A stretch of 64,000 nucleotides of DNA from Rhodosorus marinus CCMP1338 (Eukaryota; Plantae; Rhodophyta): NCBI GenBank assembly GCA_029953675.1, contig JAMWBK010000012.1, positions 310,001 through 374,000 of the forward strand, in the 5' to 3' direction. The notes under the pieces are model-generated. The model saw only the letters and a program-made list of their open reading frames with translations, was not told where the DNA came from and made no database searches. Positions 1-12,009 of this stretch are shown one piece after another. Made by a program: the position numbers and the translations under genes. Position 1 is the first letter of the stretch. The number at the start of each line of letters is the position of its first letter.

Positions 1-935
1 TCGCCACCGGCAACCATAACTTTGTCACCCGCCTCCAGGAATCTCATAGGTTTTTCAGTGCCGTCAGCTATCAACACGGTGGCATCCCCCGGGAAGCACA
101 CGGGTAATGAAGTCGGGGTTGGAGTGGGCGTGGCACTGGGTGATACAGCTGGTGACGAAGAATTCTCCGCAGGTGTATCAGTCGGTATGCCGGTCGGTGC
201 ATCAGTAGGAGCTTCAGTGGGAGCCTCAGTAAGAGCTTCAGAGGGGGCCACAGTAGGAGCTTCGGTGGAGACCTCAGTAGGTGTTTCGGCGTGATACTCA
301 GTAGGAACTCCAGTGGGAGCCACAGTAGAAGCTTCGGTGGGGATCTCAGTAGGAGCTTCGGTGGGAGGCTCAGTAAGAGCTTCGGTGGGAGGCACAGTAG
401 GAGCTATGGAAGGGATCGCAGTCGGAACTTCGGAGGGGGCCGCCGTAGGAGCTTCGGTGGGGGTCTCAGTAGCAGCTCCGGTGGGGACCTCAATAGCAGT
501 TCCGGCGGGGACCTCAGTAGAAACTTGAGTAGGGGCCTCAGTAGGAGCCTTACTCGCAGTTTCCGTTGGTGCTGGAGGTGCCGTGGGAAACCCAGTTTGT
601 CTCGCTTCACAGTCTCGCTCAGAATCCCTAATGATATCAATGACCAGTGGAGGAAGGCACCTGTCCAATTCCTCAAAAAAACAATCCAAAACCTGGAAGA
701 GCTCGTCGCAACAGACCATGGCATCGCCTACATCGCCGTCCCCGCCCACGATCTCAGTGGCGCACCGCTGAGAAAGCAGTCCAAGACATTGCTCAACCAG
801 CTCCTCACAATCAACCTGCCTCAACGCACTCACTACTCGCTTGAAATTGACACCATCTGGCGCACCATTCACACTCCCCAACACCAAAGCGCCTACCAAC
901 AACCACTTCCAGCTAAAAAACAGCCGAAAATTCAT
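1..935 (-). CDS. Secreted Hint (Hog/intein-like) domain protein: signal peptide, 8-Cys helical domain, Pro/Thr/Glu-rich stalk, Hint domain running off the left edge
   Basis: Manual minus-strand translation from ATG at 935 is open to position 1: MNFRLFFSWKWLLVGALVLGSVNG, then DCEELVEQC...CC...RDC, PTEAPTE repeats, and LPV-CFPGDATVLIADGTEKPMRFLEAGDKVMVAGG (Hint N-terminal motif, Cys codon 96-98). Absent from the ORF track, probably because it has no stop in the window. Confidence 0.88.
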   Translation of the reverse strand, partial: MNFRLFFSWKWLLVGALVLGSVNGAPDGVNFKRVVSALRQVDCEELVEQCLGLLSQRCATEIVGGDGDVGDAMVCCDELFQVLDCFFEELDRCLPPLVIDIIRDSERDCEARQTGFPTAPPAPTETASKAPTEAPTQVSTEVPAGTAIEVPTGAATETPTEAPTAAPSEVPTAIPSIAPTVPPTEALTEPPTEAPTEIPTEASTVAPTGVPTEYHAETPTEVSTEAPTVAPSEALTEAPTEAPTDAPTGIPTDTPAENSSSPAVSPSATPTPTPTSLPVCFPGDATVLIADGTEKPMRFLEAGDKVMVAGG

Positions 936-2087
936 CCTAGGATGGCAAACCCAAATTTTTTTCAACAGAAACAAAACAACTTTCAGCCAGCCCACAGTTG
1001 CTCTCTCTTTCCCTCTTCCTCTCCATTACATACGTCCTCATCTCCCTCCCCGGTCGTCGATCACCCTCCCAACCCCCAACACCCCACCTGCTACTTATAT
1101 ACACCTACGCGAACCGCATCCTCAACAAGAAGAGAAAAAGACATTCAGCACTTGAAGGGTCCATTTTATTCCTTTGCTATATAAAACATACCGCATTTGA
1201 CCGTTCACCCTCCCAAACTGGGACGTTGAGACTGACTATTTCCAATTCGTGAAAAAGTCTAATAATTACGGAAGTCTTTCATATTATGAATTTTGCCCGT
1301 TGCTAAGAAAGTAAATATTAGATGATTTGTGCAGCATACATTGAAGATCGCTAATTACTTCCTTTTTATGATTTCTTAAAACTCAGTTTATGTTTGTTTT
1401 TGTTCCATCTCCTTAATTTATTTATTATTTGGATCTAATAAAGCTGATTATTATAATAACTAGTAATGATTCGAGGCATTCCTTGATTATTTGTAAGAAA
1501 ACAAGTCCGTTCGGACAGTATTGATGAAAAAAGTAGAATATTTCTTTGTTTGTGCCCTTAGCGAAACTACATGTGTGCTTGCATTACCGACGCGCGACTA
1601 GAATCAGGGCAAGGGTGGACCGGCCGAAGCCCGGGTGTGAAGAGCCACAACGAGTCACAACGGGAAAAGGTAATATTTTGAACTGGAGGGGAGGTGGCGA
1701 ATAAGAAGACGGGCAGAGAAACGCCCAACACGTCGCTGCGGACGAGCACCCCCTGAAAAGTACTCTTGGAGAATCGTGATTAGGACGCATTCTATCCCAC
1801 TCCTAGCCTTCTATACATGGATTGCAAATTACTGCCCGCATAAAGAGATGTCACCACGAGTAAAACTATTAAACTAGCCTGTTAGAGTTATGCTAGACCA
1901 CCGGTCAGCCGAGAGCAGTTAAGAAGCGACCGTCAGCGAAGCACTTCCCGAGACACTTCCAGCCGAGAACTTCCGCCCTACCCAAGCGTTCCACTACGAA
2001 TCGATTTGAACCTCGTAGGGAGTTTGGATGTATGCGGCTGGGGAAGGTGCCTCGGTCATGGCTAAATCCGGGTTGAGACTATGCTAG

Positions 2088-2217
2088 TTGGCGATATTCC
2101 AGCGACATGCTTTCCGAGGCGCGCCATCGGCGCCTGGAGTTGCATGCTTCCCTCCCTAGTTATTAGTTCATCTTCACGCCTTGCGTAGCGCTTCAGGCTA
2201 TCCTAGTAAAGTCCAGT
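2088..2217 (+). mobile_element. Family B CRE-like retrotransposon, 3' fragment
   Basis: Matches the WRYSSDMLSEARHRRL...LPSY end, 3' stem-loop and GTAAAGTCCAGT tail of longer copies. Confidence 0.85.
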
Positions 2218-3090
2218 GTTAACGATAATAAAGCCAGTGTTAACGATACGATCTGGAGAATAGGCATTCCAGCGCGGGACTGAGATCAGACTACAAAATA
2301 CTACAAGTGCGCAAAGTCTTAACAGCGTTACAGCGAACTAAATTGAGCTAAACTAGCTTGCTAATGGCACGGCATCGGAGCGAAATCCATCCCCTGGCCA
2401 GGGGGTCTAAGTGAGTTTAGAGCGAAAATAGAGTAGTGGTATTGCGCTGCGGTAATTAGCTGCCGAATAAAGGCTATGGGGAGCTTGTTCTTGGTAAGCG
2501 CCAAGCGCGTCTAACGTCGCAGCCGCTGTACCCGCGGAATAGTGATTAAAACGGTGGAGCTATGCCGCCTTGTATTAGAACTATCCATCTCGTTGGGCTT
2601 ATGCAGTCTCTCTAAGGCAACATTTGCAGCACCCCTCCCTCCTTCAAATCGATATCCTGCACCCAAGCAACGACTCTAGCAACGTCACGACGCCGTCATG
2701 ACGACGTCAGAACGTCACCAAGGTTCCAAGAGTTTCGTTGGAGACAATCCTCCCGAACGGTCGCGCTTTCCCCAACCCCCTCTCCCTCTCCATTTCTACA
2801 TCAACAACATGCCAATTTCATGAAACGTTTGTAAATTTTGGGTCAACAATCAATCTAACTTCGAATCCTTGACCCTCCCCTAAAGGTCGCGGTTTCATTC
2901 ATATCAATCAAACACATACGAAAATGGACCATTCTTACCAACCTCCCCCCTCCCACTGCGCACAAGTTAAATCGGCTGTTAAATTTTATTTTATTTCGAG
3001 AAAATAAGAAGAGGCAACTAGCTATACCTATACTAACCCCTCCGTATTCTTTCAAACAAACATCATCAATCAATATTCTAATAAATGTTT

Positions 3091-3570
3091 TGAATGAATT
3101 TGTTCAATCGGAGACTGAAAGAAAGAAACTCGAGGGGAAAAAAGACTATGCGCGGCGAAGATTGGGCGCCTCCACCATCAAAACAGCATTCATTCGCCAC
3201 AAGAAGGAACTTAAACGGGTAAACAACGAGGACATGCGGTCAAGGCGTTTCGCGGAACAATTCCCGAGCGAACGACAACCAACGGAATCCATAAACACAA
3301 AGCACTCAATGACCAGAGGTACTAGGCGATGCGCCAGAGCCGCAGCACGAATATCTGTGGGAGACAAAACCCCAAGCATATTTCAACTCTTTGCACGACA
3401 TCTCATATACTGACAGCGGTAAATCCACGGCGCTCTCCCGCAGCCAGCAAATAAAGACTAGTCCGAGGATTAGGAACAGCAAGATCAACGTGCGTCGTAC
3501 AGTGACTATCGCCATCGGTGACCACGACGTCAGCCACTCGGCGTTCATGATTTGGCAGTCTGCGAGAGGT
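3091..3570 (-). mobile_element. Old family A CRE-like copy, degenerate 3' part
   Basis: ORF 3146-3379 resembles AHRLVPL.IECF.FMDSVG...RLSS.LWRMNA; TTCA-type tail. Confidence 0.8.
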
Positions 3571-3912
3571 GGACGAATGTTTGATAAAAAGAGATTAACC
3601 AAAAATGCCTTAGATGTTGAAAATATTCATCCTATATTCTCTTATTTTGCCAATGGCAACCATGATCTGTGATGTATGTCATGGACAGGTGTCTATTATT
3701 TCGATCATCTGTTAGAACTCTTCTAACCAACTTGTCCTTTATTCCATTCTAGGTCTCAAGATCTAGCAATGCTAGGTCTTATATAGTCTTGGTTACTGTA
3801 AACTAAGACGTGCCTGACAGTAAAGTAGAAATACTAGCACACTAGCGTCTTACACTAAAGTAGGGATCTTACACTAAAGTAGGGAGTGTCTTACATAGAT
3901 TACACAGCTGTC

Positions 3913-6440
3913 GACGAATGGTTTAATCGGAGGCTGAAAAAAAAACCCCGAGGGGAAAAAAAGACTAAGCGCGGCGAAGTACTCGCGCCTCCAACATCAA
4001 AGCGGCATTCATGCGCCACAGCAGGAAACTTAAGCGGGTAAACAACGATTGAAGACGGTCAGGGCGTTCGCGGAACAACTCCCGAAGCCAGCGAGAACCA
4101 ACAGAGTCCATGAACCCAAAGCACTCAATGATCAGGGGTACCAAGCGATGTGCTAGTGCCGAAGCACGAACACCAGGGGAAGACAAAGCCCCCGCGTATT
4201 TGATCTCTTTGCGGCGTCTTATGCTGGCGGCGGCAGATCCACGGCGCTCCCCCGCAGCCGGGAGATAACGACTAGCTTGAGGGTTAGGAACAGCAAGATC
4301 AACGTATGTGGTACGGCGGCTGTCGTCACAGGTGATCACCAGGTCGGCTACACGGCGTTCATCATTTTGAAAGTCCGCGACGGGTAAAGGTTTCTCACGT
4401 TCGATTTCCAGACCGGCTTGCCGGACTATAGGCCGAAGTTCCCGGTATAACAGGTTCAAGATCCGTGTATGGCGGCGGGTTCGAGCACCTTTCACCGCCG
4501 GGCAACTAGCGAGCAGGTGGGCGCCAAAATCTGCGTTGTCTTCAGTCTGAGAGCAGAGAGGGCACAACGAACCCATCTCGTACGGCCAAGGGGGCTGATG
4601 TAAGCCGAGGTATAAGCGCAGTGAAGTACGCACTTCGAAATCCGACAGTGTGAGTGGCGGAAAGGCTGGTACGGTCATGAGCCACTGAGAGCTAATAACC
4701 CCTCCAAGACTACGTAGGCGGGCGCGAGCGCGAGAAGATGAGACCATCTGCGCGAGGAGTCGGCCATATGCAGCACGGTGCAAGTCCCAAGAAAGGATAT
4801 TTTGCAGCGCATCCGTGCGTGCTTGAGCTCGGCTCCCAGCGCGCTGGGAATCATCAGGAGGATCAACTGGAACTTCTTCTTCTGCGGCAACCACTGGGTC
4901 AATCTCCCCTAGAACAGGTTCAGGCGCAGGACGAATCCCCGGGGCGGAGCCTCGACAGCGGTCAAATACAGCTCGCCAGTCAGGAAGACGGGGTTGAACG
5001 GTTTCGGGGAGACTAGTACAGGAATTCAGGGCGGTTTGGAGCTCCAGAAACAAGTCTTGGGCGCTTTCCGGTACGCTGGGAAGCAAGACACCCCGCGAGA
5101 GGCTCGCCATCAAATTGCTGAACTTCGAGATACCCAAGCTGCTCAAAGTTGGAAGTGCGGTTCCCCAGGCCCCTACTGCGGCTGCAGGTTGGACCACAAC
5201 ACGGTTGAAGAGGCCCAGTCCCCCCAATCGCAATGGGAGGCCTACCTGGGCGCGCACAACATCACAGGTGGGTCGCGGCAGAGCGCTCAGCTCTTCATCG
5301 AGAAAATACCCCAGGTCACGGAAACTTTCAGCATCCGCACGAGTGGCCAACCACCGGCCCCAATGAGTTGGAAGTGAGCGAAGCCAATAGGTTAACCGCT
5401 GACTGCAACAATACCGAAACAGCAACAACGAGCACTGGAGAAAGCCCGGAGGTAGCCGTCGAAGCTCTGCAACCAGCTGTCTGTGCTTACCGAGGAGCTG
5501 CAGCAACTCGCCTTCAACGAAGGACGGCGACCCGTAGGGGATGCCTAAGTGGACAAAACCATCCGGTCTCCAAATATCCTGGAACGACGCAGGTACCTGC
5601 TGCTCTTGTGCAGCTACACCTCCCCAGTAGAACGATTTGTGATGATTAACCTCCAAGTCAACCCGCGAAGCCAAGGAGCGGAGACGATCATAAGCGAGCG
5701 CTAGAGTATCAGGGGGCCCCAGGAGGCACACGTCGTCGTGGTATGCAACCGTACGAACCAGCGGGAATTCAGAGCGAAGACAAAGCAAGACGAGTTGTAG
5801 TCCACAGGCATGTAGGAAAGGGGACAAGGGATCACCCTGTTGTACCCCTGTGCGCGCCGCAAACGTGTGTGAGGAAGCGCCAAGGGTGTCATAGGTAGCC
5901 CCACGACCAAGCGGAGAATAAAGTCTACTAACAAAGGGAAAGCCTACTGGGAAGACTTCGCGCACCACGTGCATGAGAGCCGGACGAGAGACGCGGTTGA
6001 ACGCATTGGTAAAATCTACAGAGAGGAGCCCAGAATCTGGGAGTACGCCATTTCCGAACGGAGTAAAACAGACAACAACTCACAGCCACCACGATAGCCC
6101 ACGCCTAACTGCACGTGCCCAAAGAAACGGCGGGATTCGGGAACCAGGATTTTCACTAACCATCGCGCCGCCAATTTGCGGACCACCTCAACCAAGCCAA
6201 TAGGGCGAATAGCAGGGCTCGAGGCCGTGTGGCCGGAGGGGAGTAAAAGAGGTGCTCCGCAACAGAAAGCAGTGCAAAATCTGAGCAAAGCGCGGTAAAC
6301 GGGCGTGGCAAGCCACTAACCAAACATAGACCCCTCCAGAAAAATATTTGTAACAAAAGCATCTAAAATTTAGATGCATCAAGTTGTTACACTTGATAGA
6401 ACAGATACTACACTTGATCTTAGCCAAAAGGCCGAGAAGA
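3913..6440 (-). mobile_element. Family A CRE-like non-LTR retrotransposon, longest copy (5'-truncated): RT-CCHC-RLE
   Basis: ORFs 6016-6288 (RPIGLVEVVRKLAARWL, QLGVGYRGGCE) and 3965-5974 (GVQQGDPLSP, AYHDD, LPLRLGGLG, CPLC..H....C, RVADLVI, YVDLAV, KEIKY, PLIIECFG); T-rich 3' UTR and TTCG tail; inserted in an LTR. Confidence 0.92.
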
Positions 6441-6460
6441 TGTCAGGGCAAGTTCTAACA

Positions 6461-6472
6461 TTCCTCCCGCCG
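6461..6472 (-). promoter_or_regulatory. Polypurine tract of the gypsy element
   Basis: Minus strand reads GGCGGGAGGAA immediately before the 3' LTR start TGTTAGAAC. Confidence 0.75.
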
Positions 6473-6487
6473 AGTTTGGGGACAAAC

Positions 6488-8955
6488 TCAAGAAGTTGAA
6501 GGTAGCGCGTCAAGCGCCTTGCGATAATTGAGGTAGTGTCGTAAGCGTCGTCGAGATTGTAGATCGGTGGGGTAGTCCGGCTCGGGAATCCAAGTCGCAT
6601 CAGTCCAGGATTCGTTTTCGCGTTAACATAGGAACTGTCGGATACCGGTAGCCGCATGGCGGACCCCCAATACCGACAGGATCGGTAACGTTGAATAGAG
6701 ATCCGATTGGAAAGGGATACTCCGTATCGGAGAATTCGGAGGACACGTAGGGACACCTTTTAGCAAGGAAACGTGAAATGTCGGATGTATCCGCATTTCA
6801 TCCGGTAACTGCAGAGTGTATGCCACATCAGAGTGTTTCTCGATCACGGGAAACGGGCCCAACCCATCGAGGTTGGAAGCGGGTTGGGCCCTCCAGTGAG
6901 AGATTCCGCGTTGACAAATAAACGTTGTCTCCGATATTGACGATTTTGGCATGACGTCGTGAATTTGCTTGTTCCGTGTATAACTTTTGCGCCAGGGCCA
7001 TAGATTTCCGTGCGTCAGCGAGGATTCGTTTTTGACGTTGCGAAAAGGCAGTAATAGCATCGGCCAGATTATGAATCGTAGTAGTAGGGGTTGAGGTGTC
7101 CAAATTGAGCCGCGGGTGCCCTCCTGTTAACAAGAAATATGGTGAATACCCGGTACTCGCTGAAGTATGATTATTATAAGCCAGTTGAAGCAGGGGTAAA
7201 CTCTGTACCCAAGTGTGGCTCGTACAACAGCATCTCAGCATAATCTGGAGGGTCTGATTGACGCGCTCTGTTTGCCCATCCGTTTCAGGGTGATATGCCG
7301 TCGACAGTAGGTGGTCAATCCCCATTATTCGCATTAGGTGGCGCCAGAATGTGGCGGTAACGACCTTATCACGATCAGTGACGAAACTTCGTGGTAGTCC
7401 GAACCACGTGATAATATTTTTCACGATTAGCGCTGCCACCTCTTCTGCAGTCACCGTCTTCGTTGTGGGGATGAACACGGCATACTTCGTAAGCCGGTCA
7501 ACGACCACCAGAATGGCATCGTATCCCTCGACGTTGGGAAATGCAGTGATGAAATCCATCGACCAATCAGAGGCCCGCTGTTCCGGTATTGGGAGGGGTT
7601 GTAGTTCCCCTTGATGCCGACGCAGCGGTTGTTCTCGTGTACAAACCGAGCATTGCTGGACGCGCGTGTAGATGTCCTTCCTCATGCTGGACCAGTAATA
7701 GCGTCGTCGCACCACACGGTAAGTAGCTTGTGCGCCAAAATGGCCTGACGTTAGAGACTGGTGGTGCCCATCGATGACCTCATTAACACGGCGTTCGGGT
7801 ACGCAAAGTCGTGCATGGAGGAATAATAGACCCTTTTTTCGTTGGAAACCCTCAAACTGGTCCGGGCTGCGAAATTGCGTGCAGAATTCTCGATCGGCTT
7901 GGTACTCTGGAATCCAATCGGCTTCCATCGTGACGCGGGTGGCTCGTAGTGCGTCGCGACTCAGTGCATCCGCGACGTTTATCTTGCCGCGTACGTATTG
8001 AACCTCAAAGGAGTAGGGTAGTAATATGTTCACGTACCGCGCCTGCCGACGAGTTAATGTCATCTGTGTTTGGAAGAAGCGTAGCGGGTTATGGTCCGTA
8101 CGCACAGTGAACTGTTGCCCATCAAGATACACGGACCACCTGCGGATGGCCAGGACGATAGCGTAGAGTTCTTTCTCGTACGTACTGTAGCGTTTCTCGG
8201 TGCTATTGAAGGATCGGGATATATACGCCACGGGCATCTCCTGATCCTGGCGGGTCTGGAATAGGATAGCACCCACCCCGCGGTCGCTTGCGTCCGTCTG
8301 CACGATGAAGGGGAGGATTGGATCAACCATGTACAGCATGGTGGTTGCTGATATGGCGGACTTTAATCCATCAAAGGCTTGTTGTGCGTTCGCGTGCCAA
8401 CCCCACTTTTGGTCTTTCTTCGTTAGCCTGTGGAGGGGCGCCGCCACCTGGGCAAAGTGTGGTACAAAGGGGCGCAAGAAGTTCGCGAAACCCATGAAGG
8501 CCCGTAGCTCCTTAACCGTCGTTGGCGTCCTCCAATTCTGAACTGCTTTGACCTTTTCCGGATCGGGACGTCGAGTGCCTCCCGCCAAGATTTGGCCTAG
8601 GTAGCAAACTTGGCGTAATCCAAAACCACACTTCGAATATTTGACGATCAGCTGATGCTGCTCGAGGCGTCGTAGCACCTTTCGAACATCGTCCTGGTGT
8701 TGTGTGTCATCTGGGGAATATACCAGAATGTCGTCAACGTATAACACCACGCACTGGTTGAGAAGATCATATAATACATCCGTCAAGTAGCGGATGAATG
8801 CCGAGGGCGCATTCTTCAACCCAAACGGCATGACATTCCACTGGTATTGTCCGAAGCACATGACAAAGGCCGTCTTCTCGCGTGATGCCTGTTCAATTGG
8901 CAACTGCCAATATCCCGAGCGGAGGTCTAACGTTGTGAAAACCCGCGCGCTGCTC
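6488..8955 (-). pseudogene. pol: Gypsy pol: RT (YVDD) - RNase H (DAS) - integrase (HHCC zinc-finger region, DDE core, GPY/F) - chromodomain
   Basis: ORF 6828-8903 (QWNVMPFGLKNAP, LYVDDILV, QTDASDRGVGA, WSMDFIT, YHPETDGQTERVN); frameshift near 6850; chromodomain-like ILSVLGVRH..RQFLC*RENESWTDATWIPE with an in-frame stop at 6623. Confidence 0.9.
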
Positions 8956-9054
8956 AGGGATATTGGCAGTTGCCAATTGAACAGGCATCACGCGAGAAGA
9001 CGGCCTTTGTCACGTGCTTCGGACAATACCAGTAACCCCAGACTAACGTAACCC

Positions 9055-9070
9055 GCGCGCGATGAGACCA
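9055..9070 (-). promoter_or_regulatory. Putative primer-binding site of the gypsy element
   Basis: TGGTCTCATCGCGCGC begins 1 nt after the 5' LTR end; priming tRNA not identified. Confidence 0.6.
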
Positions 9071-9274
9071 CTGTTAGAACTCTTCTAACCAACTTGTCCT
9101 TTACTCCATTCTAGGTCTCGAGATCTAGCAATGCTAGGTCTTATATAGTCTTGGTTACTGTAAACTAAGACGTGCCTGACAGTAAAGTAGAAATACTAGC
9201 ACACTAGCGTCTGACCCTAAAGTAGGGATCTTACACTAAAGTAGGGAGTGTCTTACACAGATTACACACCTGTC

Positions 9275-9307
9275 GAACGAATAGTTTAATCGGAGGCTGA
9301 AAAAAAG
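9275..9307 (-). mobile_element. 33-bp family A 3' end inside the 5' LTR
   Basis: GAACGAATAGTTTAATCGGAGGCTGAAAAAAAG flanked by the direct repeat CCTGTC (9269-9274, 9308-9313). Confidence 0.85.
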
Positions 9308-9459
9308 CCTGTCAGTGTCAGAGCAAGTTCTAACACATCTGTGTGGAGGTTCTCGGAGTTCTAGCACGATCTTGAACCACTGAGTCCTTCTTTGAGTTTT
9401 CGTCAATAGTGAGTGGTGATGTCTTTACTAATGTTTACTAACGTATCTTCCTAACCTCA

Positions 9460-11075
9460 ATGCATTCGTTAATCGGATATTGAAAAAAACTCGAGGGGTA
9501 GGCAGACTACGTGAGGCGATGAGCGTTCCTCCAGCATCAAAACAGCGTTCAGCAGGAAACTTAGACGGATAGACAACGAGGAGAGACTGCAGGGCGTTTG
9601 TGTAATGGCTCCCGAAAACCAGCGAGACCAACGGAATTCATAAACCCAAAACAATGAATGACCAGAGGTACGAGGCGATGAGCCAAGTCCTAAGCCAGAG
9701 TTCCTGGGGAAGACGATGCCGATGCATATTTCACTTCTTTGAGGCGTCTCATAGTGGCAGCGGCAAATGCACGGCGCTCTCCTGCGCCGGCAAGTAACGG
9801 CTACCCTGAGGATTAGGAACAGCAAGATCAACGTACATCGTTCGGCGCTATCGTCACAGGTGAACACGAGTTCAAGCACTCGGCGTTGGTCATTTTGGTA
9901 GTCTGCCAAAGGCCGGGGGCAGGGGCTTCTCACGTTAAATTGCAAGACCGAATTGCCGTATTATTGGCCAAAGTTAGCGGTACAACAGGGTTAAGGATCC
10001 GCGTATGTCGGCGGCACCGGGCGCCTTTCACAGCAGGGCAAATGGCGAGCACATTGCCTCCAAAATCCTCGGTTTCTTCTTTCTGAGCGCATAAAGGGCA
10101 AGACGAACCCAGCTAGGAGGGCCAGGGGGCTGATGCAATCCTAGGTACAAGCGTAGAGAAGTGCGCACTTCAAAATTCGAGAGCGTGAGGGGCGAAAATT
10201 TGGAAAGGTGGTGAGCCGTTGAGAGCTGAATTAGCCCCCCTAGACTCCGCGATGAGCGCGGTCAGGGGAAACGGGGACCATTTGCACCAGAAGTCTGCCA
10301 TAACGTGCTGAAAATCCCACGCACGTGTGTTATGCGACGCATCCGTTCATACGGGGAGCGACTCCGACAGTCCTGTACATCATCAGGAGCATTTTGAGGA
10401 CATCCTCTCCCTCGGCCACCACAAGATCAAGCACTGCAGGTACAGGACTGGAAGCTGGTCGGATCGTGGGCCCTGAACAAACGGCTCGCCAATCAGCCGG
10501 CCAGACGTGGGTGCAGGTCGGCAGGGAGATTGGTACAGGATCACATCCCCGATTGGAGCTCGAGGAGCAAACCACGGGCACCGTAAGGGACAGTAGAGTG
10601 TAGATCATCATTGGAAATACTGACCTCCAAAGTCCGGAAACTTGACACGCCCAACCGGCTCAACCTCGGGAGGGCGGTTTCCAAGGCTCGACCACGGCCG
10701 TTGGATGGATCACAGCTGGGTTGCAAAGGCCTGGACGCCCAACTTAAGGGGGATTCTTAGCTGGGGAGGAGCAACATCCTGAGTTGGGCGCGGGAGATGA
10801 TTCAGCTTCTCATCTAAGAAATATCCCAACTCACCAAAACTCTCGTCGTCGGCACGGGTTGCCAGGCACCGACCCCAGTGAGTCGGGAGCGAGCGGGACC
10901 AATCGGTTAGCCGCTGACTGTAAAAATATCGATACAGCAACAACGAGCACTGCAGGAAGCCAATAGGCAGCAGACAGAGATTCGAGACGAACTGCTGGTT
11001 TTTACCAGAAGCTGCGACAATTCGCCCTCCACAATCGACGCGGATCCATAGGGGATGTCTGGGTAGACAAACCCC
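9460..11075 (-). mobile_element. Old degenerate family A copy
   Basis: Broken ORFs 9469-9945, 10330-10611 and 10710-11087 align to the family A RT-end/RLE region. Confidence 0.85.
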
Positions 11076-11699
11076 TGTCGACACCAAAAATTACGAAAAC
11101 GCGTTTGGAAACTTGATACAGCGTGTCATACAAGCAACGATCGCACGCTTGCGATATTTCAACCTCGACCAACGACGTAAATCCTCTTACAAGATTTGCG
11201 TTCGCCGGATTTGATTAGACCTAAGATGTGGAAACTGTGCCTACGTGCGTGGCCGAGATCAAGGTAGTCCAAATGGTCAGACCTGGCGTCTCAATCTTCG
11301 CGAATCGAGATCTCTACTGAGAACGTGAGGTGCATTAAGAAAGTTGAACGCACAAGCGGAAAATCGGATTTTGGCGCGGTGACTTGGAGCGAGTTGTTCT
11401 CGTTTGGAAGTGACGCGTTCAAATCGGGTGGCTTAAGGGATTCCCCGTCCTCTGACTTTCCCAGAAGCAGCTTGATATTGGAACCAACAGAGCCAGGCTC
11501 AGCATCCATCGCACGGAGGATCTATAGGAACACGATTCCCTAGGACTGGTTCGTAGACCATCCAGCTCGTAGGCCTGGAGATTAGCGATCATCTGGACCC
11601 GCGCCGGGAATCGATGACCTCACAAATACAGAATGTTTTTGTCTAAATTGGGACGCCAACGTGAAAAACAAACAAGTTCCAGAGGCTTGCGTTGTTCTA

Positions 11700-11970
11700 C
11701 AACTCGGGTGTGAGGATGTTTCAGGACCGCTTATGACGATGGCACGGAGATGCCCTTAGTGCAAATGACTCGATTGATTTTCGTGAAGTAGTTTTTCTCC
11801 AGTTTCTCCATTAGTTCGTTCGCGTCAGGTTTCTGTTCGGCAATCAGCATTGCTTCAGCTCCGAGGTCGAGTTTGATTAAGGATGCTGCTTGAACTCTTT
11901 TGTCTTGATCATCTCGATGATCACCTCGATAAGCAACAAGATACACACAATAGGACCACAATTTCTCAAC
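11700..11970 (-). pseudogene. Possible Ty1/copia gag remnant
   Basis: DKRVQAASLIKLDLGAEAMLIAEQKPDANELMEKLEKNYFTK fits the copia gag pattern A..LI.L.L...A.EL..KL...Y; no LTRs found. Confidence 0.4.
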
Positions 11971-12009
11971 ACGTGGATTTACTGGCTTTATTAGCATAGC
12001 CTCGCGTGG

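Larger units (their letters stand above)
3710..9335 (-). mobile_element. Ty3/gypsy LTR retrotransposon with chromodomain, gag/protease deleted
   Basis: LTRs about 225 bp with TGTTAGAAC...GTTCTAACA termini at 9072-9335 and 3710-6460 (the latter split by a family A insertion); 4-bp TSD CATC at 3706-3709 and 9336-9339; PBS-like TGG and PPT present. Confidence 0.92.

Noticed and set aside
291-1184. 297-aa plus-strand ORF rich in SRSFGG repeats (also ORFs 22-294 and 313-528)
   Set aside because: Antisense shadows of the PTEAPT stalk; the minus frame has a signal peptide, Cys domain and Hint motif.
1560-2610. LTR-like or DIRS-like sequence around the first B fragment; similar TATA/GA-rich stretch at 17460-17655
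   Set aside because: No second copy, TSD or coding motif in the window to support a call.
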